A stretch of DNA of 64,000 bases from Candidatus Buchananbacteria bacterium. Its GTDB lineage: Bacteria > Patescibacteriota > Patescibacteriia > 2-01-FULL-39-33. Location of the stretch: assembly GCA_041666505.1 (NCBI GenBank), contig JBAYGU010000001.1, positions 477-64,476 on the forward strand. Direction: 5' to 3'. The translations under genes and the position numbers were made by a program. Below, piece after piece: positions 1 to 10,500 of this stretch (the stretch's first letter is position 1; each line of letters starts with the position of its first letter). The notes beneath the pieces were generated by a model, which had not been told where the DNA came from, did not search any database, and saw nothing but the letters and a program-made list of their open reading frames with translations.

Positions 1-276
1 TACATCAACGCTTTCCTGGCGAGCGTCATGGACGAGACTCTTCCCCAACCGAGGGACCAACATAACCACATCGACCGGTTTCTTGATCTTGCAGGCATCG
101 ATTGTGTCGACGGCCGCACGCGCAACCAACTTGGGCGCACACATCACCGTTCGACCGAGGCCGCCGAAGAAATTGGACACACCGTCGGCCACCTTGCCTT
201 GATCAGCGTAAGCGGTAAACGGCATGGCGACGGCGAACAACAGGGCGAATACGAGGACAAGACTGAACTTCTTCAT
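1..276 (-). CDS. Secreted hypothetical protein (partial, runs off window start)
   Basis: Manually translated open frame MKKFSLVLVFALLFAVAMPFTAYA-DQGKV...; Sec-type signal peptide; AAAGGAG RBS upstream (tctccttt ~283-290). Confidence 0.75.
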   Translation of the reverse strand, partial: MKKFSLVLVFALLFAVAMPFTAYADQGKVADGVSNFFGGLGRTVMCAPKLVARAAVDTIDACKIKKPVDVVMLVPRLGKSLVHDARQESVDV

Positions 277-452
277 GAATAGTCTCCTTTTGAGGGCTGT
301 GGTTTAGGTAAATATACGTAAATCAATCAAAAATAGCTGAAATTATGAATTTTTTCACTTCATCTTACATCTCCTTCTGTTAACGTACACTAAGATCAAT
401 TGGAACTATGCGAGAGAATCTTATGTTATTTCACTAATTTTGTCAATACCCC

Positions 453-1355
453 CTACATTAAACCGAATTCCTTGATGTTTTCATCGCACATAGCCTGCCA
501 TTTGGCGATTTCCGCCTGGCCGGCATCATCCTTAAATAGATGTTTAAATCGTTTTTGAACCTTCAAAAAGTTCTCAATCGGCTCTTTTTTGTTGATTTTC
601 ATCTTATTTGTCAATTCGCCATTAACATACTCAATAATCGGGTAATAACCGGTCTGAACTGCCGATTTGGCGGCATTGGGCGTATCTTTCGGCTCAATGC
701 CCCAGCCAGGCACGCACGGCACGTAAATCTGGATGTATTTTGGCCCCTTCATCGTTAAAGCTTTAGTGATTTTAGCCACAACGTCATAAGGATAGCCGAT
801 CGAAGCCGTGGCGATATATGGAATATGATGCGCCAGAGCGATCTTGATCATGTCTTTCTTGCGCGTCGGATTGCCGAAGGATTTTTTGCCGGCCGGAGCA
901 GTCGTGGTGCTAGCATCCAGAGGCGTCGAGCCGCTAGTCTGATTGCCGGTATTCTCATAAGCCTCATTGTCATAACAGACATACAAGACATTATCGCCTC
1001 GTTCCCACAAGCCTGAAATATGGCCCAAGCCGATATCGAAAGTCGCGCCGTCGCCGCCGGCAGCAATAATATTTATGTTTTCATCTTTTTTCTGATTCTT
1101 CAGCGCGTAATATATTCCCGACGCTAAAGTCGAAGGATTCTCAAACAGCGAATGGATCCACGGAATTTTGAATGACGTCATCGGATATTGCGTCGTTGTC
1201 ACCTCGCTGCAACCGGTGGCATTAGCCATGATGGAATTCTTGCCGGCTGTATCGACTAACAATCGTGCCGCAATAATCATGCCACAACCGGCGCAAGCGC
1301 TATGGCCGGGATTCAATAAATGGGGTAGAGGAGATTTGTATTTTGTTTGTGGCAT
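453..1355 (-). CDS. porB: Pyruvate/2-oxoacid:ferredoxin oxidoreductase beta subunit (TPP-binding)
   Basis: GHSACAGCG, ATGC, GGDG...YDNEAYENTG TPP motif, PCVPGWG. Confidence 0.93.
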   Translation of the reverse strand: MPQTKYKSPLPHLLNPGHSACAGCGMIIAARLLVDTAGKNSIMANATGCSEVTTTQYPMTSFKIPWIHSLFENPSTLASGIYYALKNQKKDENINIIAAGGDGATFDIGLGHISGLWERGDNVLYVCYDNEAYENTGNQTSGSTPLDASTTTAPAGKKSFGNPTRKKDMIKIALAHHIPYIATASIGYPYDVVAKITKALTMKGPKYIQIYVPCVPGWGIEPKDTPNAAKSAVQTGYYPIIEYVNGELTNKMKINKKEPIENFLKVQKRFKHLFKDDAGQAEIAKWQAMCDENIKEFGLM

Positions 1356-1502
1356 ATTTACCCAGTTGAATAATTTAAATTTTTTTACAAAAATTTAAAT
1401 AAAATTTTATTAATATATTTTTACTGAAACAATTAATCCGATTTAATATTGTATTAGCATGAATAAATTTATCCTACTAAAATTTTTATTCAACCGGGAA
1501 AT

Positions 1503-2639
1503 TTACTTCCCAACAAATACTGTTTCCTCTTTGCTTTTCTTCGCCAGCGCGTAAACATTCTTGATCATGTCCTTAGTAATATCGCGGCCGCCCAAGCCCA
1601 TAATAAATCCAATTATCTTTGCTCTTGACTTGCCATAAAAAGCGCGGCGGATTTCTCCGGCAAAAATTCCTTCCTCGCCCAGAGATAAAGATTTATCGAT
1701 CACTGCGATATTTTTCTTCTTGCCGATCAATCTTATTATCTCGTCTGACGGGAACGGCCTGAGCGAAGTGATTTTAAGCACGCCGACTTTCTTGCCCGCC
1801 TCATTAAGCTCATCCGCCGCCTCTTTGATCGTGCCAAGGACAGAACCCATAGCCACGATTACAGTTGTCGCCTCAGGATCGCCGTAATATTCAGCCAAGG
1901 ATAATTTCCGGCTGAAGACTTTTTCGAATTCCAACATTTCCTCGGCAATGACCGCTTGGGATTTAACAATGTCCTCATGCAGCTCCTGCCGGATTTCCAT
2001 ATAATGCGCCGGCGTGGCGAATGAGCCAAAAGTCTTGGGATCGTTCACATCAAGAATTTCCTCAGGCTGCCACTCGGGCAGATATTTTCTTATCTGTTCG
2101 CGCTCGGGAACATCGACTGGCTCGACAGTATGAGTCAGAACGAAGCCGTCCATATTGACCATAACGGGAATCGATAACTTCTCAGCCACTTTATAAGCCA
2201 AAACATGCAGATCGCAGGTTTCCTGATTCGTCTCGCCGTATAGCATCAGCCAACCGGCATCGCGCATCACCACGGCATCCTGCTGATCATTCCAGATATT
2301 GATCGGTCCGGAAATGGCGCGATTGGCGTCAGTCATGACGATCGGCAGCCTCAAGCCGGCAATATTAAATATGACTTCCGTCATAAGCAATAAGCCTTGC
2401 GAAGACGTGGCGGTATATGTCCTAGAGCCGGCCGCTGACGCGCCGATCAGAAGAGATATGGCGGCGAATTCGCTTTCCGTCCGGACATATTCGTAATCTG
2501 CCTCGCCGTTAGCCTTGAACTTCGCCAAATCTTCCACGATATGTGTCTGCGGCGTTATGGGATAAGCCGACACCACGCCCGGCCCAATATTGTTTACTGT
2601 CTCAGCAACAGCTCTGCTGCCTTCTAGTATTTTTTTCAT
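1503..2639 (-). CDS. porA: Pyruvate:ferredoxin oxidoreductase alpha subunit
   Basis: AYPITPQT, ESEFAA, TATSSQGL, NRA, GLGGRD motifs. Confidence 0.93.
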   Translation of the reverse strand: MKKILEGSRAVAETVNNIGPGVVSAYPITPQTHIVEDLAKFKANGEADYEYVRTESEFAAISLLIGASAAGSRTYTATSSQGLLLMTEVIFNIAGLRLPIVMTDANRAISGPINIWNDQQDAVVMRDAGWLMLYGETNQETCDLHVLAYKVAEKLSIPVMVNMDGFVLTHTVEPVDVPEREQIRKYLPEWQPEEILDVNDPKTFGSFATPAHYMEIRQELHEDIVKSQAVIAEEMLEFEKVFSRKLSLAEYYGDPEATTVIVAMGSVLGTIKEAADELNEAGKKVGVLKITSLRPFPSDEIIRLIGKKKNIAVIDKSLSLGEEGIFAGEIRRAFYGKSRAKIIGFIMGLGGRDITKDMIKNVYALAKKSKEETVFVGK

Positions 2640-2642
2640 ATT

Positions 2643-2918
2643 TTATTTGTTTTCTTCCTTCATCATAATCGCTTTAACAGGGCAGACTTCGGCACAGATG
2701 CCGCAGCCCTTGCAGTAATCCAGATCGGCCTCATAGATATTCTGATTCCTCGAATTTTTTTCCCCGGTATCGAAGCAAATGCCCTCAGGGCAGACCATGC
2801 CGCACAGCTTGCAGCCGATGCAGACTTCATGATCGAATTCAGGATAGCTTTCTTCGCGCCAATTGCCGGTTTGGACCTTGCTGGTCGTTCCCGGCTCGCA
2901 TGTTAATATGTTTTTCAT
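2643..2918 (-). CDS. porD: Pyruvate:ferredoxin oxidoreductase delta subunit (2x4Fe-4S)
   Basis: TGNWR; CxxCxxCxxxCP twice (CIGCKLCGMVCP, CKGCGICAEVCP). Confidence 0.92.
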   Translation of the reverse strand: MKNILTCEPGTTSKVQTGNWREESYPEFDHEVCIGCKLCGMVCPEGICFDTGEKNSRNQNIYEADLDYCKGCGICAEVCPVKAIMMKEENK

Positions 2919-2921
2919 ACT

Positions 2922-3461
2922 CTAGTTATTACTCATTACTTCGAATCCGCGCTTGGCGGCAGCCACGTTCTTATCCGCGATATCGCCGGAAAATCGGTTG
3001 CGAATCGCTTTTTCCACCGCATCTAATTCTATCAATCCCGACATGGCGGCGAAAGCGCCCAGCAGCACAGTATTGATGATTGGCCGTCCAATCACTTCCC
3101 TAGCTATGCCGGTGGCATCCAGATCCCTGATTTTCACTCCTCGCGGCACAGTGCAGACATATTCTTTGCAGGAGTTCATCAGGATAGTTGCGGTTTTTTT
3201 TAAATCAGACAAAATAGCTCCGCCTTCCAAAAGCGATGTGTCTTGGACAATGGCATAATCAGGCGCGTAAACTTGGGCGCGCAAGCGAATTTCCTTGTCG
3301 TCTATCCTGACAAACGCCGTGACAGGCGCGCCACGACGCTCCACACCGAAATTCGGAAAGGCCTGAGCTGTCTTGCCGCCGTAATAAGCGGCTTCCGCCA
3401 AAAGTTCCGCCATCGTTACCGAGCCTTGGCCGCCGCGGCCATGAATTCTGATTTCTATCAT
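2922..3461 (-). CDS. porC: Pyruvate:ferredoxin oxidoreductase gamma subunit
   Basis: EIRIHGRGGQG, FGVERRGAPV, NTVLLGA. Confidence 0.92.
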   Translation of the reverse strand: MIEIRIHGRGGQGSVTMAELLAEAAYYGGKTAQAFPNFGVERRGAPVTAFVRIDDKEIRLRAQVYAPDYAIVQDTSLLEGGAILSDLKKTATILMNSCKEYVCTVPRGVKIRDLDATGIAREVIGRPIINTVLLGAFAAMSGLIELDAVEKAIRNRFSGDIADKNVAAAKRGFEVMSNN

Positions 3462-3491
3462 AAAATAGTTTTTAGTTTGTAGAAAATAGCG

Positions 3492-4370
3492 CTATTTATT
3501 CAGTTCTTTGAACTTAACAATAATCTGCTCCCAAGTCTCCTGCGTTACCGCGCCTTCAAGCTTCTTGCCATTGACGAAAAAAGTCGGCGTACCGCGCACT
3601 CCTAAGTCCAGAGCATCAGACATATCTTCCAGTAGTTGCGGCTTGTATTTTTCCTTATTGACGCAATCCTGCAGCTTATTCCAATTCAATCCGGACATCA
3701 GAGCGATCTGCTTGAAATCGTCCAGCTTGGAAATCTGCCCTTGCATGGGATATAAGCGGTCATGCAGCGGCCAGAATTTACCCTGCTCCAAGGCGCACAA
3801 GCCGGCTTCGGCGAACATCATGGAATTCTGGTCGATGACCGGATAATTGCGGAATATGAATAATACATCTTTCGCATATTTATTGGTGATAGCCCGGAAA
3901 ATCGGAAATTCCGCCAAACAAGTCGGGCATTGGAAGTCAGCAAACTCGACGATAACCAGACTTGATGAAGTATTGCCTAATTGCGGCCGGCCGGATTTTT
4001 CCGCCAGCTGGCGATTCTTGTCTTTTGATCCTGCAACATCAATTAGTGCTGTCGATGAAACTGAGGAATCAGCAGTCGAACTCGTTGAATTTATTTTCCC
4101 CGATAAGCCGCTTAACAGCTCATTTTCTATAATCGCTCCGGATGTTTCTTTTTGGGCTGTTTTAAGGAAGTTTTTTAATTCAGCATCGCGGTTAGATATT
4201 TCCGCATAAACCGCGCTGATAAATACGGCTGCAATGATAATAGCCAAAATAGCCAAAATAATCCAGAGCCAGCCAATCCGGCGCTTTTGAGCAATTTTCG
4301 ACGAGGCATACAGATTGCTTACCGGATCTGGAGAGGCAGAATGATTGAATTGTTGATTATTAAAATCCAT
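3492..4370 (-). CDS. Membrane-anchored DsbA/BdbD-like thioredoxin-fold oxidoreductase
   Basis: N-terminal TM helix; EFADFQCPTC; GVRGTPTFFVNG. Confidence 0.88.
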   Translation of the reverse strand: MDFNNQQFNHSASPDPVSNLYASSKIAQKRRIGWLWIILAILAIIIAAVFISAVYAEISNRDAELKNFLKTAQKETSGAIIENELLSGLSGKINSTSSTADSSVSSTALIDVAGSKDKNRQLAEKSGRPQLGNTSSSLVIVEFADFQCPTCLAEFPIFRAITNKYAKDVLFIFRNYPVIDQNSMMFAEAGLCALEQGKFWPLHDRLYPMQGQISKLDDFKQIALMSGLNWNKLQDCVNKEKYKPQLLEDMSDALDLGVRGTPTFFVNGKKLEGAVTQETWEQIIVKFKELNK

Positions 4371-4501
4371 AATAATATCTGTATATTAACATAAATACGC
4401 TCAACTGACAAAAAATCGTTAAATCAGTATTATCGCCGAATTGCTTGCGTTATATCCGCCAAAGGAATAAAATTATACCATTAACGCATTAACGCAACTC
4501 T

Positions 4502-4735
4502 ATGCCAAACCCAGAAAAAATGTCTCCAGTGAAATTTCATGACCCATTAGATGAAGAAAGAGCGAAAAAAGCAAGAACTTATGAGGGCAGCAAAATCAAT
4601 GAAACAACGCCCGACGGCATCCCGGTTTATATTACGCCTAGGCCTGATAAAATGGACGAACAACTAAAGCAACGGAACCAGGAAGATTTCGAGTTGGCGG
4701 AAAAAAACAGGGAATATATTGCGAATGAAAAATAG
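4502..4735 (+). CDS. Small hypothetical protein
   Basis: 77-aa ATG ORF filling the gap between two minus-strand genes; no motif recognised. Confidence 0.55.
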   Translation: MPNPEKMSPVKFHDPLDEERAKKARTYEGSKINETTPDGIPVYITPRPDKMDEQLKQRNQEDFELAEKNREYIANEK

Positions 4736-4779
4736 CTAATAACGGCTCCAAAAAATCCTCTCGTCTGCCAGGCGGCTGA

Positions 4780-5979
4780 TCAAGAGGATTTTTTTATTCT
4801 GAAAATTCTGTTTTCTATCAGCAGCGCCAAAAGATGGAACAGATAAGCGATCAGCAAGAGCAAGGGCAGATACAGCGCAGTCGCCAGCCAGGGCGGCAAG
4901 AAGCGATAAAAAATATCATAGCGGCTGACTAGCGGCCAATGCCACAGATAAATTTCGAAGGAATAAATGCCGACTAGCTCCAAAAAGTTGGATTTGGTCT
5001 TCTTGAAAATGAAAAAAAAGATGACGCAGAACATGGTGAAAAGCGCATAGCCCTGCTCGAGCAAAATCCCCTTGCCGACTCCCGAGTGATACGCCGTCTG
5101 CCAGGCCAATCCAGCCAAAATAATCAGGATTACCGCTCGCCAACCGGCAGAAAGAGAGCTAGCCGCATTAATTACTCTAGCAACCGGCTTAGAGCATATA
5201 TCCGCGCCCTTAACGAAGGCCGACAGCAGCCAACGATATGACAAACACTTGCCATTCCGTAAGCAAACCGCGCAAACCGCTTGCGGCGACACGATCAATG
5301 CGGCGAATACGACGCCAAGCGGAAATGCCAGAAAATGGGTCTTATATAATCCAATCATCTGCTCCGTAAGCGGCACATTAGGGATGAAGGGCAATAAACT
5401 CACGGCAGATACTGCCACAATCGACCAGCGCGGATGTTTCGGCTGGAAAACAAAAGGAAAGACGATATAATAAAATAGCAGCGGCGTCAAAAACCAAAGC
5501 GGTGAATTGATAGAAGCGAAGAGATCAGCCTTCGGGAAAAAACCTATGAAAGCAGACGCGATTTCTTGCCAGCCGTAGATGCGATTCAAAAATAATGCAT
5601 CAGAGATTAAAATAACAATGAGAAAAATCCAAAGGGGCAGAAATATCTTGATGACTCGCTTGAGATAAAATTCCAACGGCTTTTTCGGATGATAAATCGC
5701 TGAGGCCGCCAAGCCGTAACATGACAGAAACAAAAATAAATTTACCGCCACGCCGGCCCAAATGCCCAAAGGAAAAAGAAAATCAGTGCCCAGAAATTTG
5801 CCGTAAGTCAGATGCGCGAATAAAATTCCCAAAATCGCCAAGCCGCGCAGCTCATTGGACGTCTCCTTGCCCATAGGGCCGCTGTCGCTTTTTTTGCGAG
5901 TGAAAATAAAAACTGCCGCCAAAAAAATGACGGATAAAATAACAGTTTGCAGGCTCCAATAATTATCGAATAGCATCAT
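4780..5979 (-). CDS. Acyltransferase-3 family multi-pass membrane protein
   Basis: LRGLAILGILFAH, AVNLFLFLSCYGL, KR..KI, LWFL, G.YSFEIYLWH; many TM segments. Confidence 0.85.
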   Translation of the reverse strand: MMLFDNYWSLQTVILSVIFLAAVFIFTRKKSDSGPMGKETSNELRGLAILGILFAHLTYGKFLGTDFLFPLGIWAGVAVNLFLFLSCYGLAASAIYHPKKPLEFYLKRVIKIFLPLWIFLIVILISDALFLNRIYGWQEIASAFIGFFPKADLFASINSPLWFLTPLLFYYIVFPFVFQPKHPRWSIVAVSAVSLLPFIPNVPLTEQMIGLYKTHFLAFPLGVVFAALIVSPQAVCAVCLRNGKCLSYRWLLSAFVKGADICSKPVARVINAASSLSAGWRAVILIILAGLAWQTAYHSGVGKGILLEQGYALFTMFCVIFFFIFKKTKSNFLELVGIYSFEIYLWHWPLVSRYDIFYRFLPPWLATALYLPLLLLIAYLFHLLALLIENRIFRIKKSS

Positions 5980-6694
5980 AAATCAAATTTGCCCATACGT
6001 CGTAACCTTTGCCCGAAGGATGAAAATCATCCGAGGCGTATAGCGCCTTATCGGCGCCAAATAAATTTTTTGTCGAATGAATATCGATGGGAGTGATGCC
6101 GAATTCTTTCGCAACTTCGCTCAAGACTTTGTTAAAATTATCAGTTTTATAATTAAAATACAGATTATACGGCGGCAGTAACAATGAATCCGTGCCCAGA
6201 TACGGCAGATTGATCAAGACTATTTTTGCCTTAGTCTTGTTTTTTAATTCGCTTAATATCAAAGTTAAATTCTTACGGTAGTTATCCAATGAGACAAAAT
6301 TATGCAGATCATTAATGCCGATAAGAAGCGTGACTAAATCCGGCTGAGCCTTGACCGCCTCGGCCAACTGATTATCGATGACGTCCTGCGACAAGGCGCC
6401 GGGAATGGCAAAATTCATCAGCTCTACTGAAGTCTGATTGCTCGACATCTTGCCCGCCACAATGGCCGGCCAGGACTGGCCAGTATTATCCGCGCCCGTT
6501 CCATAAGTCAGGCTGTCACCCAACGCGACGTATTTGATATTTTCCGCTTTTTTTTCTGTCGTCATAATGATTGCCTCAGGCTGCTTAAGCTGATCAAACT
6601 TGCTATAAACATGTGCGTAAGCGCGATTAAAATAAACGCCGATTAACACCGCCGTAATTGCCAAGGTTAAAATGATGGCTTTTTTCCTTTTCAT
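5963..6694 (-). CDS. Exported SGNH/GDSL hydrolase
   Basis: LGDSLT, IGIND, DDFHPS; N-terminal signal/anchor. Confidence 0.9.
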   Translation of the reverse strand: MKRKKAIILTLAITAVLIGVYFNRAYAHVYSKFDQLKQPEAIIMTTEKKAENIKYVALGDSLTYGTGADNTGQSWPAIVAGKMSSNQTSVELMNFAIPGALSQDVIDNQLAEAVKAQPDLVTLLIGINDLHNFVSLDNYRKNLTLILSELKNKTKAKIVLINLPYLGTDSLLLPPYNLYFNYKTDNFNKVLSEVAKEFGITPIDIHSTKNLFGADKALYASDDFHPSGKGYDVWANLIYDAIR

Positions 6695-6763
6695 GACTTA
6701 ATCTTAGCAAATATGCGGATAAATAAAAAGGCCTCCCAATAGAATTGAGAGGCACAGCTAAAA

Positions 6764-7381
6764 TCAAAGGTACTGGAAAAGTTCTTTTAAACTGGCAATG
6801 CTGCCCTCAGTATATGAACCAGATCGATTCAAATGGACCGCTTTCATGCCGGCATCTCTAGGCGGACCGACATCCTTAATGAATTGATCACCAGTCATCA
6901 ATATACACTGCGGTTCAAGGCCGAGCCGGCTGATCATAATCTGATAAATCCGCGGATCGGGCTTAACTAGTCCAACATCGCAAGAAAATACCATATACTC
7001 GAAATACTCGTCTAACTTAAAATTATATACTACCCGTTTATAAGGCGTGGCAAGATTGGATATCAAACCCAATCTTAAGCCCATGTCTTTCAGACCCTTC
7101 AAGACTCCTATGACTTCTGGAAATAGGATGGCATGATCGATATCAGTATCCAAATCATGCTTCAACTGTTCGCAATCGATTATGCAGCCTGGACGCAATT
7201 TTTCCGCCAAAGATTGAAAGCTTTCAAAATTCTGAGTCATGCTCAGCATCCTGGCTTCCTTCATTTCTGCCGGCGTCAATCCTAGCGTCGTAAACAACTG
7301 TCTGAAAGGCTTCCGCTCATTGGCAGAAAAACGGACCAACGTGCCATATAAGTCAAAAACTACAGCTTTTATCTCACCCAT
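6764..7381 (-). CDS. HAD-family hydrolase (subfamily IA)
   Basis: FDLYGTL, ISN, KPDPRIY, GDQFIKD. Confidence 0.9.
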   Translation of the reverse strand: MGEIKAVVFDLYGTLVRFSANERKPFRQLFTTLGLTPAEMKEARMLSMTQNFESFQSLAEKLRPGCIIDCEQLKHDLDTDIDHAILFPEVIGVLKGLKDMGLRLGLISNLATPYKRVVYNFKLDEYFEYMVFSCDVGLVKPDPRIYQIMISRLGLEPQCILMTGDQFIKDVGPPRDAGMKAVHLNRSGSYTEGSIASLKELFQYL

Positions 7382-7472
7382 GTCATTTCTCCTTTTCTTT
7401 TTCCTTCAGTTTAATGAACGATTTTCAGTCTCCGTAGCTTATCACAAATAGATTATATATTCAAGGGTACAC

Positions 7473-7506
7473 AAAAAAGCGACCCGTTCTGGCCGCTTCT
7501 TTTTTT
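7473..7506. terminator. Intrinsic terminator after ileS
   Basis: aagcg...cgctt hairpin flanked by A and T tracts. Confidence 0.55.
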
Positions 7507-10500
7507 TAAACTTTTACGATTTTTATCTTTACCTTCTCGCCGTTGATATTGACCGGCTTTTCATCGTTTTCCGCTTCAGCCACGCTATCGGCCAAAACCG
7601 ATTTAAGCAGCTCGGCGGATAATGCCGGATCAGCGAATACCTTACGAGCGATCTCACCGTCGCTATGCCAGCCGATCGTTATGCGGTCTTGGATCGTCAA
7701 CCCGGCATCCTTGCGCAAGCCGTTGATCGTCCTGACCAGTTCCCGCAGCACGCCTTCGGCTTTCAATTCCTCAGTCAATTCAGTATATAGCACGATACGT
7801 ATATTTTTTGAGAAAATAGTGTCTTTAATATTTTCACCACTCAAATTAATAGTATCATTAAATTCAAGGTGAATACTCCGTGGTTTTTCTGAAGATTTTA
7901 TTTCTAAATCTTTTTTAAATTCCACAACCTTAACATTTACTTCATCTGCAATAATTTTTGAATATATTTCATCCATAACCATGCCATAAACTTCAAGTTT
8001 ACTTAATGGCTGACGAATTTTAATCCCATTTTGGGCTCGCGAAGCCAATCCCAGCTCGACAATCTTCTTGACTTGCTCCATCTGCTCCAAAACATCAGTT
8101 CCAATTTTCCCCACTTTGGGCCACTTGGCTAGATGGACGGACTCCAATTCCCCACCAGCCCTCTTGTAAGCTTGCTCGGCGATAAACGGCGTAAATGGCG
8201 CCATGACTTTAGATAATTCCAAGATAGCGTGGCGGAAAGCTGCGATCGCCTGCTTCTTATCCGCTTCATCTTCACCCTTAAAACGATCACGGCTGCGCCT
8301 CAGCCACCAAGTCGAGAATTCATCGATGAATTCCTGGATCGGACGGACGGATCGCGGCAGATCATAAGCCTCCATCGACTTCGTCACCTCCGCGATTAAG
8401 GAATCCAATTTAGCCAGCAGCCACTGGTCCAGGACATTATCGAATTGGGAATTCTTCTCCCCCTTTACGAAAGGGGGAGCTAGAGGGGGTTTTGAAGTGT
8501 CTTCAGTCTTATATAGCTCGTAAAAACTGATAATATTATTGAGCAGCATCACGACTTTCTGCATCGCCTCCTTGACCCCGGCTTCGGAAAAATTCATGTT
8601 CTCGGCCTGCATGACGGGCGCCGATAATAAATAATACCTGAGTGCGTCAGCGCCGTATTTTTCCATGATGACTTCCGGCTCCGGATAGTTCTGCAATTTC
8701 TTCGCCATTTTTTTGCCGTCCTCGGCCAAAACGATGCCATTAACTATGACGTTGTCGAAGGCGCGGCTGCCCTTTATTGCCGAGGCGATCATATGCAGAT
8801 AATAGAACCAAGCGCGGGTCTGATCGACGCCCTCGGCGATGAATTTAGCCGGAAAACTGTGCTCAAATTCTTTCTTATTCTCGAAGGGGTAATGCTTCTG
8901 CGCATACGGCATCGAGCCGGAATCGAACCAGGTATCGAGCACATCGGGGATGCGCTTCATCTCTCCCTGGCACTTATGGCATTTGACCGTAACTTTATCG
9001 ATATGATGCTTATGCAAATCAGTGATTTTCTCGCCGCTGTCATGCTCCAATTCTGCGACAGAGCCATAGACCTTCATCTCGCCGCAGCCGCATTTCCAGA
9101 TCGGCATGACGCTCGCCCAGAATCTCTGGCGAGAAATTGACCAATCCCGCGCTCCCTCCAGCCATTTACCGAACCGGCCTTCCTTGATATGCTCTGGCGA
9201 CCAATTAATATCCTCGGCCAGCTTCATCGCCTTGTCTTTGACGTCCGTAACTTTGACGAACCAGGAAGACGTGGCGTAATTGATCAGCGGCGTGTCGCAG
9301 CGCCAGCAATGCGGATAGCTATGCTCGTATTTTTCCTTGGCGAACAGTAGCCCCTTGCCGGCCAGATATTTGATGATCATGACATCGGTTTTTTGCGTAT
9401 CTTCTGACGGCTTGACGTTCTCGCCGGCGAAGTCAGTTACTTCAGCGGTAAAATTGCCGCTCATGGTAACATTCTGGATGAAAGGCAAATTCCTTTCCTT
9501 GCCCAAGCGCATGTCATCTTCGCCAAAGGCCGGCGCGATATGTACCACGCCCGTACCATCCTCAGTAGTTACAAAATCTGCACTGACGATAGTATAAAGA
9601 TTGTCAATATTATTCAATTTTGCTTTAGCTTCAGCAGATTCATAATACGGAAATAATGGTCTGTATTTCTTTCCGACTAAAGATTGACCAGAAAATTCTT
9701 CAATAATTTTAAAGCCATATGGTTCTAATGCCATTAATCGATTATCTTTAATAAGAATAAATAAACGATCTTTTTTATCTGGTTCTTCGGTATCTAATTT
9801 AATTTTAAAATAAGTCTTTTCTGGATTAACAGCCAAAGCCACATTGGCCGGCAAAGTCCAAGGCGTGGTCGTCCAAGCCAAGACATAAGTGCCAGGTTCA
9901 TCAACTAATTCGAACTTGGCTGTCGCGCTCAGATCTTTGATATCGCGATAGCCTTCGCTGACTTCCTGCTGCGACAAAGTCGTCTCGCAGCGCGGGCAGA
10001 CATGCATTGATTTGTAGCCTTCATAAACCAAGTCCTTATCGTATAGTTCCTTGAACACCCACCAGACGGTTTCCATGTAATCCAGATCCATCGTCTTGTA
10101 TGGATTATCCATATCCGCCCAGCGGCCGAATCTGCCGATCGTAATTTTCCACTCCTCTGTATATTCCAAAACCTTACTGCGGCAAGCCTCATTGAATTTA
10201 TCCACGCCGTATTTGAGAATGTCCTTTTTCGATTTGAAGCCGAGCTGCTTCTCAATAATGTTCTCGATCGGCAAGCCGTGGCAATCCCAGCCCCAGCGGC
10301 GCGCGACATGGTAGCCCTTCATAGTCCAATAGCGTGGTACGACATCCTTCATGGCGCTGCCGACCAAGTGGCCATAATGCGGCGTGCCGGTGGCGAAAGG
10401 CGGACCGTCGTAAAAAGAATAAGCCGGACCGTTCTTGGTCTGCTCCAAAGACTGTTCAAAAATTTTGTTCGTTTTCCAAAATTCCTGGACTTCATGCTCA

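Noticed and set aside
28-282. 84-aa plus-strand ORF
   Set aside because: Shadow of a minus-strand frame that has a signal peptide and RBS
1356-1502. AT-rich gap between porA and porB
   Set aside because: No convincing ORF, repeat or structure seen
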